Made by a program: the position numbers and the translations under genes. This document shows, one piece after another, positions 26,447-40,432 of a stretch of 64,000 bases of DNA. The notes under the pieces were generated by a model, which had not been told where the DNA came from, made no database searches, and saw only the letters and a program-made list of their open reading frames with translations. This DNA is from Octopus vulgaris (taxonomy: Eukaryota): contig OX597837.1 of NCBI GenBank assembly GCA_951406725.2, forward strand, positions 13,640,001-13,704,000, given 5' to 3'. Each line of letters starts with the position of its first letter. Position 1 is the first letter of the stretch.

Positions 26447-28429
26447 CTGAAATACGGAGAGAGTGAAAGTTTATGAAGTAAAAATTACACAAGTTTAATG
26501 GCTTCATTAAAGTATGAAAAGTTAAAACTTGTTCCTTTATAGACAGATTTATGTATTTAGATTTAGACTATTTAGATACAGCGAAATCGAATTGAACCAG
26601 CCAGGATCCCTGGTCTGGTGGTACGTAAAAAGCACTATCCGACTTGTGGCCGATGCCAGCGCCGCCTCGACTGGCTTCCATGCCGGTGGCACATAAAATA
26701 CACCAATCCGACCGTGGCCGTTGCCAGCCTCACGTGGCACCTGTGCAAGTGGCACGTAAAAAGCACCCACTACACTCACGGAGTGGTTGGCGTTAGGAAG
26801 GGTATCCAGCTGTAGAAACATTGCCAGATAAGACTGGAGCCTGGTGCAGCCTTCTGGCTTCTCACATCCCCGGTCGAACTGTCCAACCCATGCTAGCATG
26901 GAGAACGGACGTTGAACGATGATGATGATGATGACTGTCTTAGATATATTGTGATTATGTTTCACTTCTGCTTCTCATAAATTCTATAAATCTTCAGACA
27001 GAATGTATGTTTTTAATGCCTCTTGAGACCATTAAATTGAACAGTACTGCACAGGTGTCAAAACCATAATGATATCCATTAGGCTGCTGAAGGTGGGTGC
27101 ACATGTATGATGTGCTTGTAGACAGAATCTTTTGTATCTTGTGTCCTTGTGATTTTAAGTCGTCCTTCATTGAAATTTTAGTTCTTGTAATGTTAAACTT
27201 GTGTAGAGGAGTCTTGGTTTCTTAGCTTACAGTGGTTTAGGAGTTTCCAGTCTATGAAGGTTTTGTTGCATGTAATAGAGTTATAAATATTTAGATATAA
27301 CACCCACTTAAAATTTGCATGAAATGTTTAAATAATAAGATACATTATAGCCTTGAATATTGTGATGTAATAGGGCCTTAAATAAGAAGATATCGTTAGT
27401 CTTAAATAAGCTAGTCTGAAATATGTAGCTGTAATAATTTCTATGGTCAGGTGTTCTTCCTGTCAACAACCTTCACCTGTTTCTGAGCAAGGTAATATTT
27501 TTGGCAGCAAAGCCTCCCCTGAAATTGCTGGCCTTGTGCCAAAATTTGAAACCAATATTTTTGGCAGCAGTCAGTTACAAATTGCAAATTCTTTTGCAAT
27601 TGTAAACATCTACATCTTGAACAGTCACATGATTTAATCCTAGTGTTTCATTGGCTGGAATTTGCTGCTTAGTGAACCATTCCAAAACCTATTTCTGATC
27701 AGTTGAGAACATGTGGGGCAAGATGGCTATTTGAGCTATTTTGCTATTGTATAGAAGCTAACACCTAGGCAGATAGTAGCAGTTAGCAGCAGACAGGATA
27801 GTACGAGGCAGAAAGGAACTCGACAGAAGAAAACCTCTTTACAGATTCCTCCACAAACCACTGAAGGACGGCTGTGCTTCAAACTAACTTTGCATGTCAC
27901 TAAGTTTCTGTTCAAATATCAACAGGAGTGGCTGTGTGGTAAGTAGCTTGCTAACCAACCACATGGTTCCGGGTTCAGTCCCACTGCGTGGTACCTTGGG
28001 CAAGTGTCTTCTGCTATAGTCCCGGGCCGACCAATGCCTTGTGAGTGGATTTGGTAGACAGAAACTGAAAGAAGCCTGTCGTATATATGTATATATGAGT
28101 GAGTGTGTGTGTGTTTGTGTGTCTGTGTTTGTCCCCCTAGCATTGCTTGACAACCGATGCTGGTGTGTTTACGTCCCCGTCACTTAGCGGTTCGGCAAAA
28201 GAGACCGATTGAATAAGTACTGGGCTTACAAAGAATAAGTCCCGGAGTCGATTTGCTCGACTAAAGGCGGTGCTCCAGCATGGCCGCAGTAAAATGACTG
28301 AAACAAGTAAAAGAGTAAAAGAGTATCCGTTAAAGAATCAGCCAAAGCGGTGAAGAAAATGAAGAGTCGTTATTGTTGATTCTGCCAGCTCACCATCAAA
28401 ATAAAAATAACAACAACATAAATACTTAC

Positions 28430-28539
28430 ATCGAGATATCTTTGAGCTTCTGGAGTTTCCCCACACCATTGACTTTTGGCATACTCTTGGATATTTTTTC
28501 GGGGACCTACGTTTATGATGATTGTATCATCTGCTGTTC
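28430..28539 (-). CDS. OTULIN: OTULIN-like gene 1 exon (G)TADDTIIINVGPRKNIQEYAKSQWCGETPEAQRYLD
   Basis: ttttacag acceptor, gtaagt donor, 110 nt, phase 1 to 0. Aligns by eye to human OTULIN SVAPEMDIMDYCKKEWRG. Confidence 0.9.
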
Positions 28540-31500
28540 CTGTAAAATGTGAAGCCATAAATGATTTACAAAAACATGACCACCACCATCAAACAAAAAA
28601 GAGAAAAAGAAAAGCAAGCAAACACTAAATTCTAAATATCTGAGAACTTACAAATCCCTGAAGAACTTACAAATCCCAGTTGTTACAACAATAAAAGTTG
28701 CTCAAGGTGTCACACAGTGGGACTGAACCCAAAACCATGTGGTTGTGAAGTGAACTTTTTACCACACAACCACACCTATACCATTGAAATAAAAACAAAA
28801 CAATAACTTCTCACGAAATATCAGTAATTTCACTTGCCATTTCCAGCAGTGCTTTTGGTGCCAGTAACTGGAATATGCCAGGCTGCCAATGATCTAGATG
28901 GTATTAGTCAAACATTTCAACATATCAGGAATCACAACTGATAAATGTTAAGTTGCTATTTATATACATACATACATTTATGAATTTATGTTGCAAGATT
29001 CTTGATGCCAAGTCGTGTGTTGAAACAGATATTGTATTTCAGGATGGCCTTTTTTTTTGGGGTCAAATGAACACACGCACTATATACTCATTCTTCACTT
29101 GTTTATTATTGTTCTTATTCTAACTCATGTCCATTGTCCTGAAATCTTTCGTCACACATCTGTGACCTCCTCAGCAACACTTTCCCTCTTCACGTGTGCT
29201 CTTGCTCTGCTTATTCCATTCTGTTATTCTATGATGTGTATCCTTATCATCATCATCATCGTTTAACGTCCACTTTCCATGCTAGCATGGGTTGGACGAT
29301 TTTGAAGCAGATGGCTGCACCAAGCTCCAATCTTGATTTGGCAGAGTTTCTACAGCTGGATGCCCTTCCTAACGCCAACCACTCTGAGAGTGTAGTGGGT
29401 GCTTTTTACGTGCCACTGGCATGGGGGGCCAGTCAGGCAGTACTGGCAACAACCTCGCTCGAATCTTTTTACACATGCCACCGGTACAGGTGCCAGTAAG
29501 GCGACGCTGGTAACGATCACGCTCGAATGGTGCCTTTTATATACTCTTTTACATGTTTCAGTCATTTGACTGTGGCCATGCTGGAGCACCGCCTTTAGTC
29601 GAGCAACTTGACCCTGGGACTTATTCTTTGTAAGCCCAGTACTTATTCTATCGGTCTCTTTTGCCGAACCGCTAAGTGACGGGGACGTAAACACACCAGC
29701 ATCGATTGTCAAGCGATGTTGGGGGGACAAACACAGACACATACACACATACATATATACATATATACGACAGGCTTCTTTCAGTTTCCGTCTACCAAAT
29801 CCACTCACAAGGCATTGGTCGGCCCAAGGGCTATAGCAGAAGACACTTGCCCAAGATGCCACGCAGTGGGACTGAACCCGGAACCATGTGGTTGGTTAGC
29901 AAACTACTTACCACACAGCCACTCCTGCCCTTATATATATTATAATTAATGTTGGTTTCAAATTTTGGCACAAGGGCCAACAATTTCAAGGGGTGGGGGT
30001 AAGTTGATTAGATCAACACCAGTGCTCAACTTGTACTTATTTTATCGACCCCCCCCACCCAATAGGATGAAAGACAAAGTCAACCTTGGAAGCGTTTGAA
30101 CTCAGAATGTAAAAATTGGACAAAACGCTGCCAAGCCTTTTGCCTGCCATGCTAACAATTCTGCCAGCTTTCCACCTCTTATAATAATAATTAACATCAA
30201 TATTTATGAAGAAAATAATTAAGATAACCTTCTGTTGTATAAATAATTTCTTTTATTCGTTAATAATATGAAACAATTCAAAGTTCTTATCAAAACACAG
30301 GTTGTCATTTTCTAAAACTGTTTTTAACTGGGAATTTTTTTCTCCATTTTTTTTTGCACAAAAACTTTTATTAAAAAAATAATTATAAATTTATATTATA
30401 AATAATTACAGTCAGAGTTTATTTTCAATGCAAACCCCATAATAAATCCTGAAAATATGCCAAAGAAATAATCTGCAGGATAAGCCATGTGTTCATGCAA
30501 AAGACAAGTTTTACAAAGACCCCCAACAGCAAACATGGCTACAAAGCAATTTTTAATCTTTTCTACTCTAGGCACAAGGTTTGGAATTTTTAGGGAGGGG
30601 GGCCAGTCAATTAGATCGACCCCAGTACGCAACTGGTACTTAATTTATCGATCCCCAAAAGGATGAAAGGCAAATTTGACCTTGGCGGAATTTGAACTCA
30701 GAACATAAAGCAAGACGAAATACCTATTTCTTTACTACCCACAAGGGGCTAAACACAGAAAGGACAAACAAGGACAGACAAACGGATTAAGTCGATTATA
30801 TCGACCCCAGTGCGTAACTGGTACTTATTTAATCGACCCCGAAAGGATGAAAGGCAAAGTTGACCTCAGCAGAACTTGAACTCAGAACGTAAAGACAGAC
30901 GAAATACCGCTAAGCATTTCGTCCGGTGTGCTAACGTGTCTGCCAGCTTGCCACCTTCAAATTTTAATAATAAACCATCACCGAACAAAGAAATATATCC
31001 TTTAGAGCAGTTTTTCTCATGCGAAGGTTTTAGGGAGCTGTGAAGATTATTAAAAGGGAGGTGGACGAACAAATATGGCCATAAAATGAAAATGGTTTCC
31101 AGGTTTTTAAACTTATTCACCAGCATAATGAAGAAAGAAGAATTCGATGATGGCAAACACCAGGTTTGTTATTAATAAAGGGCGGAGAGGGTGCCAAATA
31201 ATTTGCTAATATTTTGTGTGAGTGGGGCTGGTATTCGATAGTTTGAGAATCATTGCTCTGCCTACAGTACCATAAGTCTACTACCAGCAGCAAATGCCTT
31301 TTTTTAAATTGTGCCAAACAGAGAAATAGTTTTTGCAAAGTATCATAGAATCTCATGTACTTCACCATCTGTTCATGCAACAACTTGAAGAAAAGTGCAT
31401 TTGACAGAGAAGGAGGGCGATAATAATAATAATCCTTTCTACTAAAGGCACAAGGCCTGAAATTTTGTGGGATGGGGGTAAGTCAATTGCATCAGCCCCA

Positions 31501-33005
31501 GTGCACAACTGGTACTCATTTTATTAACTCCAAAAGAATGAAAGTCAAAGTTGACCTTGGCAGAATTGGAACTTAGAACGTGTAGACAGACACAGGTACC
31601 TATTTCTTTACTATCCACAGGGGCTAAACACAGAGAGGACAAACAAGGACAGACAAGTGGATTAAGTCGATTATATAGACCCCAGTGTGTAACTGGTACT
31701 TAATTTATTGACCCCGAAAGGATGAAAGGCAAAGTCGACCTTGGCAGAATTTGAACTCAGAACGTAATGGCAGATGAAATACCACTAAGCATTTCACCTG
31801 GTGTGCTAATGACTTGGCCAGCTCGTAGTAGTAGTAGTAGTAGTAGTAGTAGTAATTATATGGTTTCAGGATCAGTCTCTCTATCTGGCACCTTGGGCAA
31901 ATGTTTTCTACTATAGTCCCAGGCAGACTAAAACCTTGTGAATGGATTTGGCAGACAGAAACTGAAAGAAGCCCATTGTGTATGAACAAGTCTCTGATAC
32001 CCAAGAGGCTAAAAAATGTCAGCAGAGGAGTACCCAGGAGTCATGACCTGAATGCAGCCTGAACCCCTTAGAGTATCAGAGGTTAAGGGCTGAAACACTT
32101 GCCTGAGATTGGGGAGATTGTTCAGCTCTCTTCAGAGTTCCTTACCACTATATTCTTTTCTACTCTAGGCACAAGGCCTGAAATTTTGGGGGAGGGGTCC
32201 AGTCAATCAGATCAACCCCAATATGCAACTGGTACTTAATTTATCGACCTTGAAAGGATGAAAGGCAAAGCCGACCTCGGTGTAATTTGAACTCAGAATG
32301 TAAAGATAGATGAAATACCACCACTAAGCATTTCGCCCAGCATGCTAGCGTTTCTGCCAGGTCGCCGCCTTGTATTCATATATTACATGGCAGAAGTTAC
32401 AAAGTGAGTTCTGTGCAGGGCACTTACCAAACTGGTCTCATAAGTTTGACAAATGCTATTAACCTTTCATTGAATTCTGCTGATGTAAAAATAGAAAACA
32501 ATACATACAGTCCTGTTTCGAGTTCTGTTTTATGTTTCTATAACCCAACCTACATATATATATATATACATACACACACATATAACACCCACGTGTGTGC
32601 GTATGTGTGCATGTGCACGTGTGTTTGTTCACGTGTGTACTTCTCTGAAAACTGCTGACCTACGAGTGGCGACACTGCCATTTCCTCCATCAGCTAGCTT
32701 TGCACCTTCAAAGACATGAGGAATAAGAGTTCTTTTACCTGAAAAATCAGGTAAAGGTGAGTGAAAGGAAAGGCATTCAGCTTCAAGACGTTGCCTCAAT
32801 AATCTATTCATCTAACCCATGCTAGTATGGAAAAAAAAAAAGGAAGTAAAATTGAATAAAAAAAGCACAACTGCAACAAATAGTCTGATAATGCTGCATA
32901 TTAAGCCCCTTTCTTTACCAAATTCCTATTGAAATGCACAGCCTTTGTTTCAATTAGCTTTAAAGAAAATCACGAAGACTTTAGTAAAATAATCTTGTCC
33001 TTATT

Positions 33006-33507
33006 AACCCTTTCATTACCGTATTTCTGTTGAGCTGCTCTGTGTTTCTTTCAATTAATTTTAAATATAACAAAGAATTTAGTAAAATAACTTAGTTATC
33101 ATTAAGCTGATGTTAGGAACATAAATTGTGACTAAGGTTTGGTGGAAAATTTTAATTCAGAACTTATGAAAACAAGACATTTGTACTACAGAGCCAGAGG
33201 TGGTTTCAGCCGGGTTGGTATCAAAAGGGCTAAACTTCTGCAAAGCATATTTCTCATGAAACTATAGAAGCCATGTGTTTTAACCCTTTCGTTACTGTAT
33301 TTCTGTTGAGATTCTCTGTGTTTCTTTCAATTAATTTTAAATATAACAAAGAATTTAGTAAAATAACTTAGTTATCATAAAGCTAGTGTTAGGAACATAA
33401 ATTGTGACTAAGGTTTGGTGGAAGATATTAATTCAAAACTTTTGAAACCAAGCCATTTGTACTACAGAGCCAGATCCGGTTTCAGCCATGTTGGTATCGA
33501 AAGGGTT
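33006..33507 (+). mobile_element. Tandem TTAA-flanked (piggyBac-like) MITEs, ~225-bp units
   Basis: Units begin ttaa|ccctttc and end aaaggg|ttaa (or ctaa). Degenerate extra pieces at about 32925-33005 and 33510-33640. Confidence 0.75.
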
Positions 33508-35354
33508 AAACTGGTGTCTTGAACATAAATTAATTTGGAATTTTGAAGGAAGGTTTTAATCTAGGTCACTTTGAAACAGGAAGTTTGTACCATGAAACCA
33601 GGAACGGTCTCAGACAGGTTGGTATGGAAATGATTAAAGTAAGAAGCAAAAGTAAAGAATGGTGGGGTTTTTTTTTGCCTCCATAACCTGAAGAGTGTTG
33701 CATGCAAAAGTTTGGTGAAGAAGACTAAACTAAGAAATAAAATAGTAAAAATAAGAAAATATTAAATGAAAAAGAAAAAAAAAATAGAAGTTTTCCCGAA
33801 ATGTGAGAATAATAAAACAAAAAGGAAGCTATCGAAGGCAACTGAAACCCCTAAAATGTTTTTGCTTAACTTAGGGGAGAGTTTTGTTTGCAGTTTCATT
33901 AAAACGGCCTGAAAACAAGAAGGAAAAAAAGGCTGGAGAGACCGGGTCAGCAATTTTGTAAAAACACAACTCAAATATACATGTGGGGTAACATGGAAAA
34001 TGGGAAAACATTGATGTGGTAAAACACTGATGGGTATTTACTGTGAATGTATGCACATAGATGTATTTATATAGGTGTATTTATTTAATGTATTGCCATG
34101 ATCATCATTTCTGCTTACACTGTTTAAAGTTAGTTACAGTTTTCTCACTAAATGAATAGAACTAAACAGCTTAGCATCAGAAAGGGTAAGCTGAATATGC
34201 CTATATCTACAAGATATATTTATCTCTATATATACAAAGCTGAAGTTGTCTGTGTATGGCAGGTTTGGTAGCCTTCAACTAACACTATCTCCTCCGAGAC
34301 CCTGCGGTGAAAGTTGACCAAAATTGAGAGTATGATAGAAGAAGGCTTGCTCTTCCTTCCATAGAAGAAAAAATTCAAATTGGACCATGTTAACACCAAA
34401 AATTATTTACATCAAAAAGGTGCTTTTTTCTATGAAAATCCCTATTTTTTACGATTTTTTTACTGCTGTGTTGCCATTTTTCGGTGTATTTCAACCAGAA
34501 AATGTTCCCTTAAAGAGAATAACAAGCTACATAATGCAAAATTTTTACTTTTCAAAAATTCCAATTCTAAAGGGTCGAAACAAATCTGAGCAATGCTGGG
34601 CGATACTGCTAGTATTGTATAAAGTTAGCAAGAGTTTTTTTTACTAAATAAACAAGTTAGTTCTTATACAATGGCTGATGGTGGCTTGATTGAACCTGAT
34701 CAAACAGGTTAGTAATACCACTAACTTTATTATGGGAGTTGATCAACATTTTATGTCAGCTTTCTATAATGGCATGGTTGGATATGTGATCACAGTCTGA
34801 GCCAGTTTTTATTTGAATCCACAATTTTCATAGACAAAAGGGGACAACTAGGCCATGCTTGTATGATTTATCATTTTGTGTTACTTTTTATGGCTGGATG
34901 CTCTTCCTAACAGCAAACCCTTCTATAGTGTGTACTGGGGGCATTTTTCTGTGACACCAAAACTGAAGATGTTGTCATGTCCTTGGTGAGGCAAGGCTAA
35001 AGGTTTTCTTGGATCCGACGCTTTCTTCACCTGTTTGCCAATGATTTTATGGACTGTACTGGGTGTGTTTTATTGTGGCACCAGTATGAGTGAGGAAGTA
35101 GAATGACTGAGGCACTAGCATGAGTGAGGCTCCATCATGAGTGGAACACTGACATGAGTGAAGTACTGACATGAGTGAAGCACTTGTACAAGATTGGCAA
35201 CAGCATGAGTGAGACAGCAGCATGTGTGAAGAATCAGAATGTCTGAGATGCCAAGCAGCAGCTTGTAATTACCATATCAACATGTGCTATAATGTTACAG
35301 ATATAAATATGGAGAGGCCCAGAAACGAAAAATAACTTTCTTTGTGGTAACATT

Positions 35355-35364
35355 TATAATAATG

Positions 35365-35401
<37 letters not shown>

Positions 35402-35447
35402 TAATAATAATAATAATAATGATAATAATAATAATAATGATAATAAT
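35355..35447. repeat. (ATA)n microsatellite
   Basis: Direct inspection. Confidence 0.95.
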
Positions 35448-35536
35448 CTATCCACCTCGCCCCCTCCTACATTTTGTTTAAGAATAATTTCTAAAAAAAG
35501 CACAAGACCAGAAATTTGAACCAAGGTGTTAGTTGA

Positions 35537-35998
35537 TTAACCCATCCCATACCGGTTCTGGCTCTGTAGTACTAGTATCTTGTTTTCATAAGTTCTGAAT
35601 CCTCCACCAAACCTTAGTCACAATTTATGTTCCTAACACCAGCTTAATGATAACTATGTTATTTTACTAAATTCTTTGTAATATTTAAAGTAATTGAAAG
35701 AAACACAGAGCATCTCAACAGAAATATGGTAACAAAAGGGTTAAAATATATAATAGAGAAACAATTCTTAACCCTTTTGTTACCAACCCGGCTGAAACCG
35801 CTTCTGGCTCTGTAGTAGAAATGGCTTGTTTTCATAAGTTCTGAATTAAAATCTTCCACCAAACCTTAGTCATAATTTATGTTCATAACACTAGCTTAAT
35901 GATAACTAAGTTATTTTACTAAATTCTTTGTTATTCTTAAAATTGATTGAAAGAAACACAGAGCATCTCAAAATAAAATATGGTAGCAAAAGGGTTAA
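35537..35998 (-). mobile_element. Dimer of the same TTAA MITE in the opposite orientation
   Basis: Reverse complement of the 33006 units and of the 52200-52696 dimer. Confidence 0.8.
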
Positions 35999-38504
35999 CA
36001 TGATCCCACCCCACCAAACAGTATTTGACTGGAGGGTCAATAGGTGATGTTGACCTTGGCAAGATTAGAACCTAGAAAATAAAGAGCCACAACAAATACC
36101 TATTTCAAATTTCCGTACCTGACTGGTAATTTCAGGTAGGGGATGGGGGGTAATTTGTTTACATCGACCCCGCAGAGTACAACTGGTAGTTATTTCATTG
36201 ACCTTCAAAGGATGAAAGGCAAAGTCAACCTCAATGGAATTTGAACTCAGAATGTAAAGACAGACGAAATGTTGCAAAGCATTTTGCCCGGCGTGCTACC
36301 GTTTCTGCCAGCTCACAGCCTTGAGCGAAAACAAATGCTGCAAAGCATATTTTTGCAACAGTTTAATTAACGGTTCCTGACTTCAGCAGATCAGACAAAA
36401 TTATCAACAAAAGCAACAGCTAAATACTTTAAAAAAAAAACAGAAGAGGGTGCGTGTAGGTGCTCACGGCTTAATACGTATATGTGACAGTGAATACATT
36501 TGTTCACCTTATCTGTTCAGTGAGAGATTGAGGTAGGAAGTATGCGTGTGTCTGTGGTGTGTTCTTTCATAGTATTTAATGGCAAACTGTCAAATAGGTG
36601 AGAACAATAGAGAATGTACGAGAAGTCAGGTGCAAATGTGGATGTGTGGTTAACGAGTTTGTTAACCAACCACAGCATACTGGGTTCAGTCCCACTGTAT
36701 GGTTCCTTGGGCACGTGTCTTCTACTATAGCTTTGGGCCAATCAAAGCCTCGTTAGTAGATTTGATAGATGGAAACTGAAAGAGGTCCATAGCATGTGTG
36801 TGTGTGTGTATGTATATGTGTGTGTGTGTGTATGTATATGTGTGTGTGTGTGGCTGTCTGTCTGTGTTTGTGTCTCTTTGCCTTGTCGTTGTTTAAAAGT
36901 TGTAAATGAGTATCACTGTTATACAAGCAGTGTCATTTACTGCCAATATTCTGTAAGAACATGTCTGGCTATGGGGGTAGGTATCTGGCCATAAAAAAAA
37001 TCATACCTCAAACTTCATCTGACCCATGCAAGCACGGGAAAGTAGATGTTAAAATGATAAAAATAACAATAATAATAATGAATTTATTGTATACAGTGCT
37101 CAGGTACAGTGCAACTCATCTGAAGGTAAGTCTCAGATTCCATTTCTTAGCCAAGACCAGTGACCGACTAACAGAAAATAACCTTTAAAGACATGTTAGA
37201 ACAGTTCTTTTTATAATACAAAAGAAGCTCAGATGCTCGTTCACAAGATTGCCAAATGTGCCAAAAAGTAAGCAATCTGATTGGCTGAAATCTTTCATGT
37301 GTTTCGTCTCTGCCAAGGTAGATTTAGGTCTTGGTACCGATTGTAACATAGCTTTAGGGCACCTTAACTTTCCAGGAAGGTTGCAATGCAGACAAGTAGC
37401 AGCAGAAGAGTACCAAGGAGTGATGACCAGGATGCAGCCCAACATGGCTCCCTTAGAGCATAAGGAATTAAGGGCCAAAACATTTGCACAAGGGTTAGGT
37501 ATCTTCTTCTCTGAAGACTTTAGTTTTCCCTAGATTTTCTAACGACTTCAAGCAGGTTTTTACCCAATCTAAATATATATTTCTTTATTGCCCATAAGGG
37601 GATAAACAAAGAGGGGACAAACAAGGACAGACAAAGGGATTAAGTCGATTACATCAATCCCAGTGCAAAACTGATACTTTATTTATCGACCCCGAAAGGA
37701 TGAAAGGCAAAGTCGACCTCGGCAGAATTTGAACTCAGGACTTAACGACAGATGAAATACCACTAAGCATTTCGTCCGGCGTGCTAACGTGTCTGCCAGC
37801 TCGCCTCCTTTTTTACCCAATCTAAATATATTTAAGCAGTTTTGGCAGTTTTTCTTCTGCAGTTGTAATTTTTAGCCAATAGAATTTCAGCTGAAGGTCA
37901 GCGGTAGCTAAACAAGGCCAAACTGACTGAGCTAAAACTGACAAACAGTCATAAATCTATATATATATATATAACTTGTAAACATGTTATTGTGTTTGTG
38001 CATCCATGTGCATTTTGATTCTTCTGGGGGTGAGCAAGTGGTGAAGAGAAGTAAGGAAGAACAATGGCAAAAGAGTACACGACATTCACTCCTGTCTCAA
38101 AGATATTCAATAGAAGCATTGACTGAAGACTTCAGTTCAGTAGAAGGATTGTTAAATCAAGAAAGAAAGAAGTGAAAACAAGTACACACATATGTGTGGG
38201 TGGGTTGGTACTGATGTGTGGCAGGTTTTAATAACTGAACCGTTTCAACTTTATTAACAAGCTAGATAGACGCAGGTGTGGTATAGGTACAGGTGTAGTA
38301 TAGGCGCAGGTGTGGTAAAGGCACAGGTGTGGTGTATCCTCATGCATGGTTGTGTGGTTAAGAAGCTTGCTTTCAAACCATTATACTCTTGTGGGGTCCA
38401 ATGGCTCTGCATGACATCTTGAGCAACTGTCTTCTACTAGAACTCCAAGCCAACCAAAGCCTTGGGAGTGGATTTGGTAGAAGGAAAAAGAAGAAACTTG
38501 TATA

Positions 38505-38552
<48 letters not shown>

Positions 38553-39669
38553 TATACACACAAACATATGTATGTATGTATATATATAAAAGTCAACCCT
38601 GGAGGAATTTGAACTCAGAATGTAAAATGGATGAAATGCCGCTAAGCATTTTGCCTGGTATGCTAACAATTCTGCTAGCTCGCTGTCTTGCATCAATTTA
38701 TCATCATCATCATCATCATTTAATGCCTGTATTCCGTGCTGGCCGGGGTTGGACGGTTTGACAGGGGCCAGCCAGTTAGAAGACCACACTAGGTTATGGT
38801 GTCTGTTTCGGCAGGGTTTTTTACAGTTGGATGCCCTTCCTAACATCAGCCATTCCGTAGAGTGGACCGAGTGCTTTTCATGTGACACCAGCACAGACGA
38901 GGTCAGTTTTGGTATGATTTTTACATGACTTTTAATATAACAAAATAAAACTATGAACTTTGTTCAACCTATATTGTGCAATTTCCTTGCTAATACTCAT
39001 GCCTTAAATCATTATACTTTAATCATTACACAATGACTGAATTACACTTTGTCTTATGCTAATTATTTTGTGCAACAAATACAATTTGAGTGGGATAAAT
39101 CAGCTTGTATGTCCTACATAAGCACTTCAACTCAACTGAAAAATAGGTGTGGTAATAATCTTTAATATTCATTTTTTTCAGGTGAAGCAATGAAAATGGT
39201 GTTGTCACATTGCAGAGTGAGGTGGTTAGGACGATTTCCCAGTTCACAGCAGTCCAACATTTAATTACTGTGTCTGTATATATATCTCTGAATTATGAAT
39301 AATGAATTTAAATGTCAGACCGAACTTAAAGTATAAATGAATATGAAAGCTGGTTGGGTTATTCAATGCTCAATCACTTCTCCTCCTCCACAGCGACTGT
39401 GGTGTCTTCAGCAAAGACATTTAACTCTCAAACAAGCATGGCTTTGATGTGGACATGGAGGTCACTTGATTATCAGGTGGTATCAGGTTCCATGTCACTG
39501 TGTAGGACCTTGAACAAGTGTCTTTGATTGTACAGAGACCTACATCAAGTGCCTGGGGGAAGTAGTGCTGCCCCTGGGTCAAAAGGGTGGCCACTGGAAG
39601 ACCCTATGTCTGGCAAAAGGACTCTGTACCATACCACACAAGCAGGAAAACCCAGTCGTGGCTGTCAGA

Positions 39670-40046
39670 CAATTTCTGCGACCACATCACCCCTAACATC
39701 TGTTCACCTAACTCCTCAGACTGCAACTCTTTTGATTATTATGTGTGGGGCACAGTTGAGTGAGAGACCAATAAAACCCCTTGTAATACCAAAGATGAAC
39801 TGAAGGCAGGGATTGTGGCAGCATTCACCAACTTAAACAAGGAGACCATCTAAAAGAGTTGCAGGAGATTCCAAAGTTGTCTGGAGGCCATGGCTGAAGC
39901 CAAAGGCGATTTTATTGAATAAATTTACTCTTTAGTATTTCAAGATATTTTTATGTAATTTTGGTAAATATTTCTGTTAAAATGAGATGCCAGTGTTATT
40001 TTCATTTTTGTGTAATTTAGATGACAGTTTATTCACTGCTTCCTGT
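39670..40046 (+). mobile_element. Tc1/mariner-superfamily transposase C-terminal fossil plus right end
   Basis: Translates to SPNSSDCNSFDYYVWGTVE...CRRFQSCLEAMAEAKGDFIE* (WPPNSPDLNPLDY motif), with internal stops. Confidence 0.75.
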
Positions 40047-40054
40047 AAATACAT

Positions 40055-40103
<49 letters not shown>

Positions 40104-40432
40104 TACGTACATAATTATTTTTTTTAGAATTCTCTATGAAGAGATAATACTGGTAATTATGTTATGGAACTAATTTGTTACCATATTGTTGTCTTCAGCT
40201 GGAAAAGAATCTCATCTCTCACTTAAAAATAATATGCCAAGATAAACGAGAAATTGATTATCTGTACAGTTTATATATTAGGTCATATAATCCTTGAAGA
40301 GATAAAGAGAGATCATTTTGTTCTGTGATAGGGCATTAATTAAATGAACAACAGCAATTTAAAATAGAGTAATGTCTGGCAAATGAGAGCAAAGCAAAGA
40401 AGAAAAATAGGGCAGCATTATACATCACTCAC

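Noticed and set aside
35080-35250. Regularly spaced short repeats as a CRISPR-like array
   Set aside because: Eukaryotic context, degenerate units without unique 30-40 nt spacers, and no cas genes.
36508-36586. Possible extra internal exon with a good acceptor
   Set aside because: Stop codons in all three frames and a weak donor.
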